Below are positions 36,098 through 44,877 of a stretch of DNA of 51,713 nt, piece by piece (within the stretch, counting starts at the first letter, position 1; each line of letters starts with the position of its first letter). The translations under genes were made by a program, and so were the position numbers. The stretch covers positions 1 to 51,713 of the IMG/VR virus record IMGVR_UViG_3300034980_000806. One strand, 5' to 3'. Source of the stretch: a virus. Lineage: Duplodnaviria; Caudoviricetes. The notes under the pieces are model-generated. The model did no database searches, was not told the origin of the DNA, and saw only the letters and a list, made by a program, of their open reading frames with translations.

Positions 36098-37114
36098 ATG
36101 ACCATAAATGTCTTCGATTTTTTTTCGGGCTGCGGAGGCACGAGCTGCGGTTTCCGAAATGCCGGAATGAATGTACGGCTGGGTCTTGATATTGACCCAG
36201 ACGCCGCGAAAACATATAGGTTCAATTTTCCTGAAGCCGAATTTATTGAAGCAGACATCCGAGCGCTTACTCCAGATGTGCTTTCAAAAATAATGCTTGG
36301 CATTGAGGGCAAAGTGCTATTTAGCGGTTGCGCCCCTTGCCAACCGTTCTCCAAACAGAATCGCTTCCAATCGAGCGATGATCCTCGACGCAATCTTCTT
36401 TCCGAATTTGGTAGATTTGTAGAGTTCTGGCTCCCTGACTATGTTTTCGTCGAAAACGTTCCCGGAATGCAGAAAGACTGCCTGAAAAGCGAAACTTTTG
36501 TTAGCTTCACCAAGCTACTGGACAAGCTTGGATACTCATATGATGCAGCAGTCGTGCAGGCCGCATCCTTTGGCGTACCGCAGACTCGGTCTAGACTAGT
36601 ATTAGTAGCAGCCAAGCATGAGACTGTAAGTATACCGAGAGCGACTCATGGCGCGGGACTAGCTCCCTTCTCAACTGTGCGCGATTGGATTGAAGATCTG
36701 CCGCCTCTCGCAGCTGGAGAGGCTAACCAATCGGACCCTGATCATTGTGCTATGAATCTTTCAGAGATTAATTTGCAGAGGATAGCCCACACCCTGGAGG
36801 GTGGCGGAAGAGAAAACTGGCCAGAAGAATTACTTTTAAACTGCCACAGAAATTATTCAGGTCATAGTGATGTATACGGACGTTTAGCCTGGGATAGGCC
36901 TGCTTCAGGCCTGACAACAAAATGCCTCAGCTACTCGAATGGCAGATTCGGCCACCCTAATCAAATGAGGGGATTAAGCTTACGTGAGGCTGCATCACTA
37001 CAGACCTTTCCTAGAAGTTATCGATTCTTCGGCTCCTTGCAATCTCGTGCAAGGCAAGTAGGAAATGCTGTTCCGCCATTGATGGCCGAGAGCATTTCAA
37101 CCGCTTTTAGCTAA
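36098..37114 (+). CDS. DNA (cytosine-5)-methyltransferase
   Basis: FSGCGG (I), APCQPFS (IV), ENVPG (VI), QTRSR (VIII), REAASLQTFP (IX), GNAVPP (X). Confidence 0.95.
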   Translation: MTINVFDFFSGCGGTSCGFRNAGMNVRLGLDIDPDAAKTYRFNFPEAEFIEADIRALTPDVLSKIMLGIEGKVLFSGCAPCQPFSKQNRFQSSDDPRRNLLSEFGRFVEFWLPDYVFVENVPGMQKDCLKSETFVSFTKLLDKLGYSYDAAVVQAASFGVPQTRSRLVLVAAKHETVSIPRATHGAGLAPFSTVRDWIEDLPPLAAGEANQSDPDHCAMNLSEINLQRIAHTLEGGGRENWPEELLLNCHRNYSGHSDVYGRLAWDRPASGLTTKCLSYSNGRFGHPNQMRGLSLREAASLQTFPRSYRFFGSLQSRARQVGNAVPPLMAESISTAFS

Positions 37115-37156
37115 GATTCAGTTGTTGCCCACAATTGCGTGGGCTTTCAACCTCCC

Positions 37157-37483
37157 TCAGAAAGGCGTCTCTTCCTCCGCTCTCTCCTCCCCCCACCCCC
37201 GCTCCACGACCAGGTCTTCACGATCGTCTGCGCTCACCTCCTCCCACCGCACCGTCACGCTCTCGTCATCATTGAACGTCAGGTCCAATTCCGGCGTTTC
37301 GGCCAGCAGCCCCATCACCTCCTCCCACTCCATGTCTCCATCCGTCTCCAGGCGATGGATTGTCACCCAGCGCTGCGACTGAGCGATCGGGTGATTGATC
37401 ATCGACGATACCCGCAGGCCCAGGCGCTCAAGCGCGGTCATCTCTTGGCGCGCTTGTGGGCTCGACTTCTTCTGCTTGGCCAC
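37157..37483 (-). CDS. DUF1654-like acidic protein
   Basis: GTG start MAKQKK after GGAGGAAGG; ERLGLRVSSMINHP.AQ..RWVTIHRL. Confidence 0.7.
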   Translation of the reverse strand: MAKQKKSSPQARQEMTALERLGLRVSSMINHPIAQSQRWVTIHRLETDGDMEWEEVMGLLAETPELDLTFNDDESVTVRWEEVSADDREDLVVERGWGEERAEEETPF

Positions 37484-37498
37484 ACCTTCCTCCGTTAA

Positions 37499-37514
37499 CT
37501 GTATATACATCCAG
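37499..37514. promoter_or_regulatory. LexA (SOS) box
   Basis: CTGTATATACATCCAG matches CTG-N10-CAG with AT-rich core. Confidence 0.8.
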
Positions 37515-37516
37515 TA

Positions 37517-37625
37517 TTAGGCAGAGCTTACCCGAGCCATCGAACGATGCAAGCCCGGATAGCTGATTAGGCGCACATGAAAAAAGTTAGGCATTACCTA
37601 TTTACAAGAATTAGGCATTGGCTTA
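37517..37625. promoter_or_regulatory. oL operators
   Basis: TTAGGCAGAGCTTAC 37517, TTAGGCATTACCTAT 37587, TTAGGCATTGGCTTA 37611; match oR consensus. Confidence 0.8.
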
Positions 37626-37629
37626 TCGT
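37601..37629 (+). promoter_or_regulatory. pL promoter
   Basis: TTTACA-17 nt-TATCGT overlapping operators. Confidence 0.65.
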
Positions 37630-37678
37630 TCATTCCATCGAGGCGCTACACAGCCCCTCGGGAGGCCCTCAAGCCGAA

Positions 37679-37690
37679 CGCTCTTTAACA
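37679..37690 (+). promoter_or_regulatory. boxA antitermination element (nutL-like)
   Basis: CGCTCTTTAACA about 45 nt downstream of pL. Confidence 0.8.
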
Positions 37691-38225
37691 GCCAGCGCAA
37701 CAACCAACAGACCGCATTGCCTCTACCGGCGACCGGCAATCAGACAGCCCCGAAAGGCTGCCCACGACAGGGAGAACCCTGTACGGCTGATCGAGAGCGA
37801 AACGCTCGAACCGCGCGAATGACCCGGCAAGCAATGCGCCCCGCGAATCCCAGCGGCAGAAGGGAGATTCACCCAGATTCGATAGGTGGCCACTGCCTGC
37901 CCAGTGAGCGAGCAACGGAGGGCATCACCATGTGGAAGTAACTGACCGTCGCCGCGCGACAGCCTACCTGGCCGCTACAGAGCAGGGCGCTTTGACCGAC
38001 GAGAGAATATCGGTCACGGAGTGCGCTGGTGTGCCGCCAGCCCCGTTAGCCAGTAGGCCTTGATGGCAGTCCTGATTCGATCGGCTGTTGGCTTCAGCGC
38101 CGGAAACGTACCCGGCAATCACACCGCTGACGCAATGCCCCGGCCTGTCGCCAGTAGCGAGGCCGGGATTTCACCAGGTGCCATTCAGCGAGTGGCATCC
38201 GGGAAATCAACCGGAGGGATTCACG

Positions 38226-38447
38226 ATGTTCAACATGGCAACCATGGCGGCTGACGAATGCCGCGCTGACGCTGAAGAGCGCACCTACTACCGCTGGATC
38301 GACAAGGCATCCCAACTGCTCGGCCACCAGGTCGCCCTGGGCTCGCAGGAAGAAAGCGACCTGCACGACTTCTACGCTGACGACTGCACTCCAGACGAGG
38401 CTGTGACTGAGCTTCTCGCTCAAATGGAGCTGGGCCGCGCTGCATGA
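38226..38447 (+). CDS. Hypothetical protein
   Basis: GGAGG RBS, start MFNMATM. Confidence 0.65.
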   Translation: MFNMATMAADECRADAEERTYYRWIDKASQLLGHQVALGSQEESDLHDFYADDCTPDEAVTELLAQMELGRAA

Positions 38448-38511
38448 CAGACGATTCCCCGGTGCGCCTCAAGCGGGGCGCATCAGGGGGAATCCACTGG
38501 AGGAACACAGC

Positions 38512-38808
38512 ATGAGCATCACATTCGACGCGGATAGCGTCAGCGTTGAAAGCGTGGGCCGGAACAGCCAGGTGCGCGTTACGGTTGACGGCAAAGGCAG
38601 CGACATCGCTGAGTCGCTGCACATCGACGACCGCCTGTACGACCTGGAACCGCACGAGATCGTGAATCACATCGGCGCCGGCAAGCTACTGGAGACCATG
38701 GACGAGGCCGAGATCTCCGAATGGCTGGCCAGCAGCAGCGCAGACCCGAACGATTTCCTCAGCGCCATCGGCGAGGAAACGGTCTTGAAGTGGCTCAACA
38801 ACGAGTAA
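38512..38808 (+). CDS. Hypothetical acidic protein
   Basis: GGAGG RBS. Confidence 0.75.
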   Translation: MSITFDADSVSVESVGRNSQVRVTVDGKGSDIAESLHIDDRLYDLEPHEIVNHIGAGKLLETMDEAEISEWLASSSADPNDFLSAIGEETVLKWLNNE

Positions 38809-39098
38809 GCGCCACGACAGCCTGTCGTTAACTGCCCGATGCCCTGCTCCCCATCGCAGGCTGCATCGGGATTTGATCTGAACCGCCAGCAAACTTGAAG
38901 GCGCTGGCACCTAGCCGAGACACGAGGGTTTGCGACCTCGGGAAGAAAGCAAGACCGCGACCTGGCAGTGAGAAATCACCGGAGCGCGGCTGTTCGGGGC
39001 GCGGACGTCGGCGCCAAGCGGGGCTTGCCTTCCGCACAGATCAAATCACCGATGCATCCCGCATCCCCTTCCCTTCAATTCGAACTCAGGAGATGCCA

Positions 39099-39587
39099 AT
39101 GCTGACGCATGAACGCCTTCGAGAGCTGCTGGCGTATGACCCGGGAAACGGCGTATTCACTTGGCTAAAACAGAAAGGTACACGAGTTGCTGGAAAGCCT
39201 GCCGGCTATGTGTGCGGCGACAAAGGCATCTACATCATGGTCGACAAGAAGGGGTATCGCGCCCACCGCCTCGCTTGGTTTTACATGACTGGAGCGTGGC
39301 CTGCTGATCAGGTTGATCACATCGACAGAAACCCAAACAACAATGCCTGGGCGAATCTGCGCGAGGCCACTGGATCCCAGAACAGCCACAACACCAAGCG
39401 TGCGCACACCAATACCAGCGGTGTAAAGGGTGTTTCATGGGTGTCGAGTCTTGGAAAGTGGCGAGCACAGGTAAAGCTTCGTGGCGTCCTCTACTCCGCT
39501 GGCGACTTTGACGACCTTCAGAAAGCTGCAGAGGCTGTTCGATCTCTGCGAACCAGGCTACACGGCGAGTTCACTTGCCACGGGTAG
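39099..39587 (+). CDS. HNH homing endonuclease with AP2-like domain
   Basis: [34 protein letters not shown]...KWRA. Confidence 0.9.
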   Translation: MLTHERLRELLAYDPGNGVFTWLKQKGTRVAGKPAGYVCGDKGIYIMVDKKGYRAHRLAWFYMTGAWPADQVDHIDRNPNNNAWANLREATGSQNSHNTKRAHTNTSGVKGVSWVSSLGKWRAQVKLRGVLYSAGDFDDLQKAAEAVRSLRTRLHGEFTCHG

Positions 39588-39705
39588 CCACCCACCCCCC
39601 CCCTAAATCAAAAGTGACCGCATTGGCAGGCGCCAGGCCACCTTTCACGGTGGGTTTGGTCGCCCGCGCCTGGCTCCTGACCAATGCGGTCCAGAGGACT
39701 TCGCA

Positions 39706-39945
39706 ATGTGCGATTGCAGACAGAAATTCGAGCAAGCCGCAGTAGAGCGGTATCCGGAAATCACCGGTGCCAAGGCGACCCTGCAGGGTTACATGCTTAT
39801 CCCAGCTGGGCGCCAGTATGCGGAATGTGAGGTCGTCGGAACCCGCACTACCGCCAAGGGCAAAGAGATCAAGGCCAAGGCAACCATCAACGTGCTTGGC
39901 AACTACTGCATGTTCTGCGGTGAGAAGCATCCGGAGGCAGCATGA
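39706..39945 (+). CDS. Hypothetical protein (Cys-containing)
   Basis: GAGGA RBS; CDC...CMFCG. Confidence 0.7.
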   Translation: MCDCRQKFEQAAVERYPEITGAKATLQGYMLIPAGRQYAECEVVGTRTTAKGKEIKAKATINVLGNYCMFCGEKHPEAA

Positions 39946-40124
39946 GCGGCTGGATCAAGTGCAGCGACAGGCTGCCGGTCAGCGGTTACGTGCTGACCTA
40001 CCGCCCACAAGCACCAAGTGGCAACAAGGTGGCAACGATCAACTACGACTACCACCAAGAGCGCTTTGGTGGCCAGTACCCGGTCACCCACTGGCAGCCG
40101 CTCCCTTCACCACCCACCGAGTAA
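39942..40124 (+). CDS. DUF551-like protein
   Basis: WIKCSDRLP...VTHWQPLPSPP. Confidence 0.85.
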   Translation: MSGWIKCSDRLPVSGYVLTYRPQAPSGNKVATINYDYHQERFGGQYPVTHWQPLPSPPTE

Positions 40125-40144
40125 CCCACCATCTGGAGGCGACC

Positions 40145-40399
40145 ATGGCTCGCGAGCATGAGCTTTACGCAGACAGTGCCCAGGCCCGCGAGATCGACCG
40201 CCAGTACCAGCTCTTTGGTGACTCGTCGTGGGTTGACCATATGACCTCGGAGCAGGCCCGGGCAAACAACGAGGCCTGGAACACAATGATCCGCGAGCGC
40301 GATGAACGCCAGCGGGCAGAAAGCCGCCGAGTGATCGGCTCGGCTCTCGACAAGATGGAAACCATGTGCGGCACAGGCGCCGCCCGGAGGACAGCATGA
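40145..40399 (+). CDS. Hypothetical protein
   Basis: GGAGG RBS, start MAREHE. Confidence 0.65.
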   Translation: MAREHELYADSAQAREIDRQYQLFGDSSWVDHMTSEQARANNEAWNTMIRERDERQRAESRRVIGSALDKMETMCGTGAARRTA

Positions 40400-40626
40400 A
40401 CAAGAGTACCCGCCAGGCCGTGGTCGATATCATCGACTCTCGATTCACTGCCATCTGCGAGAACTTCAGCGACACGCTTCGCGGCGAACTGGTCATGGCC
40501 ATTGACCTGGCCGGCCTGACTGGCGCCATCGACATTGGCGAGCAGCGCAGCTACACCGAGCGCTTGAATCGCATCATCGAGCGCGACCACGAACAGTGGA
40601 TGGAAACGAACGGGAGGGTGGCATGA
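40396..40626 (+). CDS. Hypothetical protein
   Basis: ATGA coupling, start MNKSTR. Confidence 0.65.
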   Translation: MNKSTRQAVVDIIDSRFTAICENFSDTLRGELVMAIDLAGLTGAIDIGEQRSYTERLNRIIERDHEQWMETNGRVA

Positions 40627-40844
40627 CAACGCCAATCGTGAAGACGCTCATCGACGAGCAGATCGCTGAACTACCAGAGGCCCAGGCCATGCCTGCCGAC
40701 CGGGTGCTGATGCTGTTCAAAGGAGCGACTTTCGCAGCTGCGGTACACCAGGCCGAACTGGCAAGCATCGAGAACCCACACGCTTGGAACTGCCGAGCCT
40801 GCATCTGTGGCGAGTGGACGGTCGGGTATGAAGTACGAGCGTGA
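40623..40844 (+). CDS. Hypothetical protein
   Basis: ATGA coupling, start MTTPIV. Confidence 0.65.
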   Translation: MTTPIVKTLIDEQIAELPEAQAMPADRVLMLFKGATFAAAVHQAELASIENPHAWNCRACICGEWTVGYEVRA

Positions 40845-40870
40845 AGCCCCCTCGCCACTTGATCGCCGGT

Positions 40871-41143
40871 CTATTGATTCAGCTTTCTCACTACAGCTCT
40901 TGATAACTCAAGAATCGTGTTTGATGCACTCTGAAACGAACCAAACCCAGTGTGCTGGACCTCGTAAATATAGCTTTGGCGGGCAGTCAGCGCCTTGTGG
41001 ATCTGCTTAATCCCGAGGACCGTGGCGAGGTTGATCATCGTCTCCTCCAGCGTATCTCGCTGGCTCAGATCCGTATTTTTTGTCGTCGCTATGTAGTAGC
41101 CGCGCTCTGGCGTCGGCGCCTGGACAATTTTTGTCTTTGCCAA
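40871..41143 (-). CDS. Hypothetical protein, counter-oriented insert
   Basis: AGGAGG RBS before TTG (MAKTKIVQ); lower GC than neighbours. Confidence 0.55.
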   Translation of the reverse strand: MAKTKIVQAPTPERGYYIATTKNTDLSQRDTLEETMINLATVLGIKQIHKALTARQSYIYEVQHTGFGSFQSASNTILELSRAVVRKLNQ

Positions 41144-41234
41144 GACTGATCCTCCTGATCGTAAAGACTTGGAATATCCCACATTACCCATTTTTCAAAC
41201 AGCGCCGGCCGCACGGATGGCGCGGGAGATTCGC

Positions 41235-41543
41235 ATGCCCGAAATTCTCGTAGAGCTCGACCAGCAGGTTGTCGGTCTGACGCCGGCAATCCTGGCCAAG
41301 GCCTTCTGGGCCATGGAAGACACCCAGCAGGCCTTGTTTTTCGATGAACTGGCCAAGGTGATCGAAGCCGATCACATAAAGAACCCCAGCTCCTACGGCT
41401 ACGGCGAGCTGCAGTGGTGCTACCTCAAGGAGGTTCTGCGCCGGCCCGGCATGGAGCGCGCCAACAAGATGCACATGGCGCTGTCGGCGTTTGCCTACGA
41501 CTTCTGGCCACGCAAGCCTGACGGCGCACGGGAGGGCGTGTGA
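41235..41543 (+). CDS. Hypothetical protein
   Basis: GGAG RBS, start MPEILVE. Confidence 0.7.
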   Translation: MPEILVELDQQVVGLTPAILAKAFWAMEDTQQALFFDELAKVIEADHIKNPSSYGYGELQWCYLKEVLRRPGMERANKMHMALSAFAYDFWPRKPDGAREGV

Positions 41544-41686
41544 GCACAACACCCCGCCTGGCCGCCCAACTCGACTGGATGACGGTCGGAGAGTTCTCGC
41601 CTGAGCGGTACCAGGGCGAAGAGCGCAAAGAGTACGAAGAAGAGGCCGCTCGCATTCAGCGGCAGTGGGACAACCAACCGAACTGA
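41540..41686 (+). CDS. Small hypothetical protein (48 aa, MSTTPRLAAQLDW...)
   Basis: GTGA coupling, GGAGG RBS. Confidence 0.6.
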   Translation: MSTTPRLAAQLDWMTVGEFSPERYQGEERKEYEEEAARIQRQWDNQPN

Positions 41687-41696
41687 GGGCATCCCC

Positions 41697-42557
41697 ATGT
41701 TCAAGAAAGCCGAACGCAAGCAGGCCAAGCTACGGCTGGCACTTGCTGGGCCATCTGGGTCTGGAAAGACCTTCTCCGCGCTGCTCATGGCCAAGGGTCT
41801 TGGTGGCCGGATCGCGGTGATCGACACAGAGCACGGCAGCGCGTCGCTGTACGCCGATATTGCCGACTTCGATGTGCTGGAGCTGCACGCGCCCTACTCG
41901 CCGGAGCGCTACGCCGAAGCAATCACTGCCGCTGAGCAGGCCGGGTATGGCGTGCTGATCATCGATAGCTACTCGCACGAATGGACCGGCTCCGGCGGTT
42001 GCCTGGAGTCGAACGAGAAGCTCGCGCACCAGAAGTTCAAGGGCAACACCTGGGCTGCTTGGAACGAAACCACGCCGCGCCATCGCAAGCTAACCGACAA
42101 GATCCTGACCAGCCCGCTGCACATCATCTGCACCATGCGGAGCAAAACCGAGACAGTACAGGGTGAAGGCAAGAAGGTGATCAAGCTCGGCATGAAGTCC
42201 GAGCAGCGGGACGGCACCGACTACGAGTTCACCGTGGTGCTCGACATCACCCACGACGGTCATGCCGCCATCGCCAGCAAGGACCGGACAAAGTTGTTCG
42301 ATCAGCCAGAGGTGATCAGCGAAGACACCGGGCGTCGGCTGCTGGCCTGGCTGAACGACGGAAAGTCGCAGGCCGACCCGCAGGCCACGGCGCTGCAGGA
42401 TGCGCTTTCGAAGATCCCGGTTACCGAGACGATGCAGGAGCTGCAGAGCGTTTACTCGGCAGCGTACCGGATCCTTGAGCAATCACCTGACCACCTGGCG
42501 CAACTGAATGCTGCCAAAGACCAACGCAAAGCCGAACTCGCGGAGAAAGCAGCATGA
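41697..42557 (+). CDS. Sak4-like AAA ssDNA-annealing recombinase
   Basis: [22 protein letters not shown]; directly before ssb. Confidence 0.85.
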   Translation: MFKKAERKQAKLRLALAGPSGSGKTFSALLMAKGLGGRIAVIDTEHGSASLYADIADFDVLELHAPYSPERYAEAITAAEQAGYGVLIIDSYSHEWTGSGGCLESNEKLAHQKFKGNTWAAWNETTPRHRKLTDKILTSPLHIICTMRSKTETVQGEGKKVIKLGMKSEQRDGTDYEFTVVLDITHDGHAAIASKDRTKLFDQPEVISEDTGRRLLAWLNDGKSQADPQATALQDALSKIPVTETMQELQSVYSAAYRILEQSPDHLAQLNAAKDQRKAELAEKAA

Positions 42558-43051
42558 GGGGTATCAACAAAGTAATCCTGGTCGGAACTTGCGGCCAGGA
42601 CCCAGAGGTCCGCTACTTGCCCAATGGCAACGCGGTCACCAACCTGAGCCTTGCCACCAGCGAGGCCTGGACAGACAAGCAGACCGGGCAGAAGGTCGAG
42701 AAGACCGAATGGCACCGGGTAGTGCTGTTCGGCAAGGTCGCCGAGATCGCCGGCGAGTATCTACGCAAAGGCTCTCAGTGCTACATCGAGGGCAAGCTGC
42801 AAACCCGCGAGTGGGATAAGGACGGCATCAAGCGCTACACCACGGAAATCGTGGTCGACATCAACGGCACGATGCAGCTGCTCGGCAGCCGGCCGCAGGG
42901 TCAGCAGCCTGGGCAAGTGCCGGATCGGCAGCCAAGGCAACAGCAGCGCCCGGCGCGCCAGCAGCAGAACCAGCAAGCGGCGCCGCCCGATCACGACAGC
43001 TTCGACGACGACATACCGTTCGCGCCCCTACATCACCTCGCCGGTGCGTAG
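42554..43051 (+). CDS. ssb: Single-stranded DNA-binding protein
   Basis: [21 protein letters not shown]. Confidence 0.97.
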   Translation: MRGINKVILVGTCGQDPEVRYLPNGNAVTNLSLATSEAWTDKQTGQKVEKTEWHRVVLFGKVAEIAGEYLRKGSQCYIEGKLQTREWDKDGIKRYTTEIVVDINGTMQLLGSRPQGQQPGQVPDRQPRQQQRPARQQQNQQAAPPDHDSFDDDIPFAPLHHLAGA

Positions 43052-43053
43052 CC

Positions 43054-43215
43054 ATGAAGCGCCGGCAGATGGTTCACCCCACCGCGTACTACCTCGGCCG
43101 CGCCTGCCGCGACAACAGCCAGTCACGCGATGCCCAGCCATACGGCTGGATGACAGTGAACTGCGGCTGGTGGCTTGCCGGCTGGCATGACCGAGACATG
43201 GAGCTTTCCGCTTGA
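43054..43215 (+). CDS. Rmf/CrpP-like small protein (53 aa)
   Basis: AYYLG...QPY......WWLAGW pattern; not in ORF track. Confidence 0.55.
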   Translation: MKRRQMVHPTAYYLGRACRDNSQSRDAQPYGWMTVNCGWWLAGWHDRDMELSA

Positions 43216-43308
43216 AACGCATCACCGCGCGCGTTCGGCACGGCCGGCGCCAGCAGCACATCAGCCTGCCACCAAGCGGGCTAACAGAAGATCGAGGAGC
43301 CGCTCAGC

Positions 43309-43497
43309 ATGAGAATCGACCTTCCGGGCCAGTACGATCTGCCGATTCAACTTGCCCACCAGGCGCCGGCAGCGCCAACCGGTAGCAAAGAAGAATTGGC
43401 CGTGCGCATCGCCAAGGCTCTCGTCAAGTATGAAGCGCGGCCATCGTCGGCGCTCTGGATCGAGATCCAGGCCTGCGCAAGGGCCATCCTGAAGTAA
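43309..43497 (+). CDS. Hypothetical protein
   Basis: GAGGAG RBS. Confidence 0.6.
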   Translation: MRIDLPGQYDLPIQLAHQAPAAPTGSKEELAVRIAKALVKYEARPSSALWIEIQACARAILK

Positions 43498-43559
43498 CCC
43501 CCGAATTATCACCTAACCGCCACCAGCCATGGAGGGCGGCCTACATCCTGGAGAAAGTC

Positions 43560-44036
43560 ATGACCCAATCTGTACTGCAATCCATCGCCGCCGCCAACCT
43601 GCCTGAGCGCGGTCAACCCCTCGCTGGCGGCATCTTCGTTACCCGCTACTGGCTGAACGGCCAGGAACGCGCCTTGGTGCTGCTGAATGACGAGTTCGAA
43701 GGGGCCTGGGGCGAATACGGCGCCAAGATCGAAGGTGCTGGCAGCTACAGCGACGGCGAGGCGAACACCCGCGCCATGGCCGAAGCTGGCAGCCAGATCG
43801 CCATCAAGGCCTTGGAGCTGGGCGCCTTCATCCCGTCCTGCCTTGAAGGTCAACTGGTGATGGCAGCCAAGGCCGATGGCCTGGTTACCGTGCGGGAAGA
43901 TGGCTGGCACTGGCTTAGTTCGCAGCGCTCCGCCAACCTCGCCTACTACGTGGACTTTGAGGATGGCTGGCTCATCACCAACCACAAGTACAACGAGTTC
44001 CTCGTCCGCCCCGTCCGCAGCCTCATCCTTCAGTAA
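43560..44036 (+). CDS. DUF1566/Lcl-like (C-type-lectin-fold) protein
   Basis: DGEANTRAMA, WHWLSSQRSA..AY.VDF.DG, VRPVRS. Confidence 0.75.
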   Translation: MTQSVLQSIAAANLPERGQPLAGGIFVTRYWLNGQERALVLLNDEFEGAWGEYGAKIEGAGSYSDGEANTRAMAEAGSQIAIKALELGAFIPSCLEGQLVMAAKADGLVTVREDGWHWLSSQRSANLAYYVDFEDGWLITNHKYNEFLVRPVRSLILQ

Positions 44037-44152
44037 TTCACCTATTCATTCCTTTCTCTGCAGGCGATTCCGGGTTCGTCAGGACGGCGATCAGACCAGA
44101 AGCGCGCCGGGAAGCGCCGGCCGCCTGCACCTAATTCCATCAGGAGCACCCC

Positions 44153-44539
44153 ATGGAGCAAGTCAGCATCAGCATTGACGCCAGCGTGGCGTCCCGAATC
44201 ATCCAGCGTGAGTTCGACCGCCTGCTCAACTATGCAGCCATCGAGCCGGTGAATTCCGGAGCTCCAACCCTTGGCTCGTACTGGCCTGAGCAAGGCGGCC
44301 ACAACGCTGGGCTGGTTCGCGGCGAGGATGGCTCGCCGGACTACTACCTGATCGTGCCGGTGATAACCGAGCAGATGAGCGCGGCATGGGGCGGCTACGG
44401 CGAGGAAGTCGAGGGGGCGAGCAGTGCCAGCGATGGCCTGGCCAACACCAGAGCGCTTCTGGCTGACAGCAACGAACACCCTGCCGCCAAGCGGCCTCAC
44501 GGAGCACCGAAATGCAGAAAGCACCTTCTGGAGTCGTAA
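44153..44539 (+). pseudogene. Truncated DUF1566-like paralogue
   Basis: GASSASDGLANTRALL...HPAAK then unrelated 15-aa tail; the W.SSQ and RPVR C-terminal half is missing. Confidence 0.6.
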
Positions 44540-44877
44540 CCCTGCCGGGCTGGCTGAAGTCACCGGTCAAGAAGCTGTACAACACCCGCAGCGGCGGTCA
44601 GTACCGGCCTGACGATGTTGCCTTGGCCTTCGCGCTCAGCCTGCGTGAGCACGACAGCGCCGACCACCTGCGCAGGCTGGCCCGCCGCCTGGTCGACAAA
44701 GTCTGCCTTGAGCATCAGCCAAACATGAAGCGCCTGGCCCGCGAGCCGGACGACGCAAAAGTGTTCGACGCCGCGCTCAAGATCATCAACCGGGTATGCG
44801 ACCTGCTCGAGTACGCGCCGGGCACCCGCTTTGTGCGCAATGGAGGCGACGATGGCTCTGACGCAGCAGCAGCGTGA
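44512..44877 (+). CDS. Hypothetical protein
   Basis: GGAG RBS. Confidence 0.7.
   Translation: MQKAPSGVVTLPGWLKSPVKKLYNTRSGGQYRPDDVALAFALSLREHDSADHLRRLARRLVDKVCLEHQPNMKRLAREPDDAKVFDAALKIINRVCDLLEYAPGTRFVRNGGDDGSDAAAA

Noticed and set aside
34280-37114. Retron, Gabija or classical type II RM
   Set aside because: No RT/msr-msd, no UvrD helicase and no recognisable PD-(D/E)xK or HNH REase in the cassette
38895-39098. 5' extension of the HNH ORF
   Set aside because: Lies in a structured stem region; AGGAG RBS supports start at 39099
43560-44539. Complete diversity-generating retroelement
   Set aside because: No reverse transcriptase, avd or template repeat seen by eye
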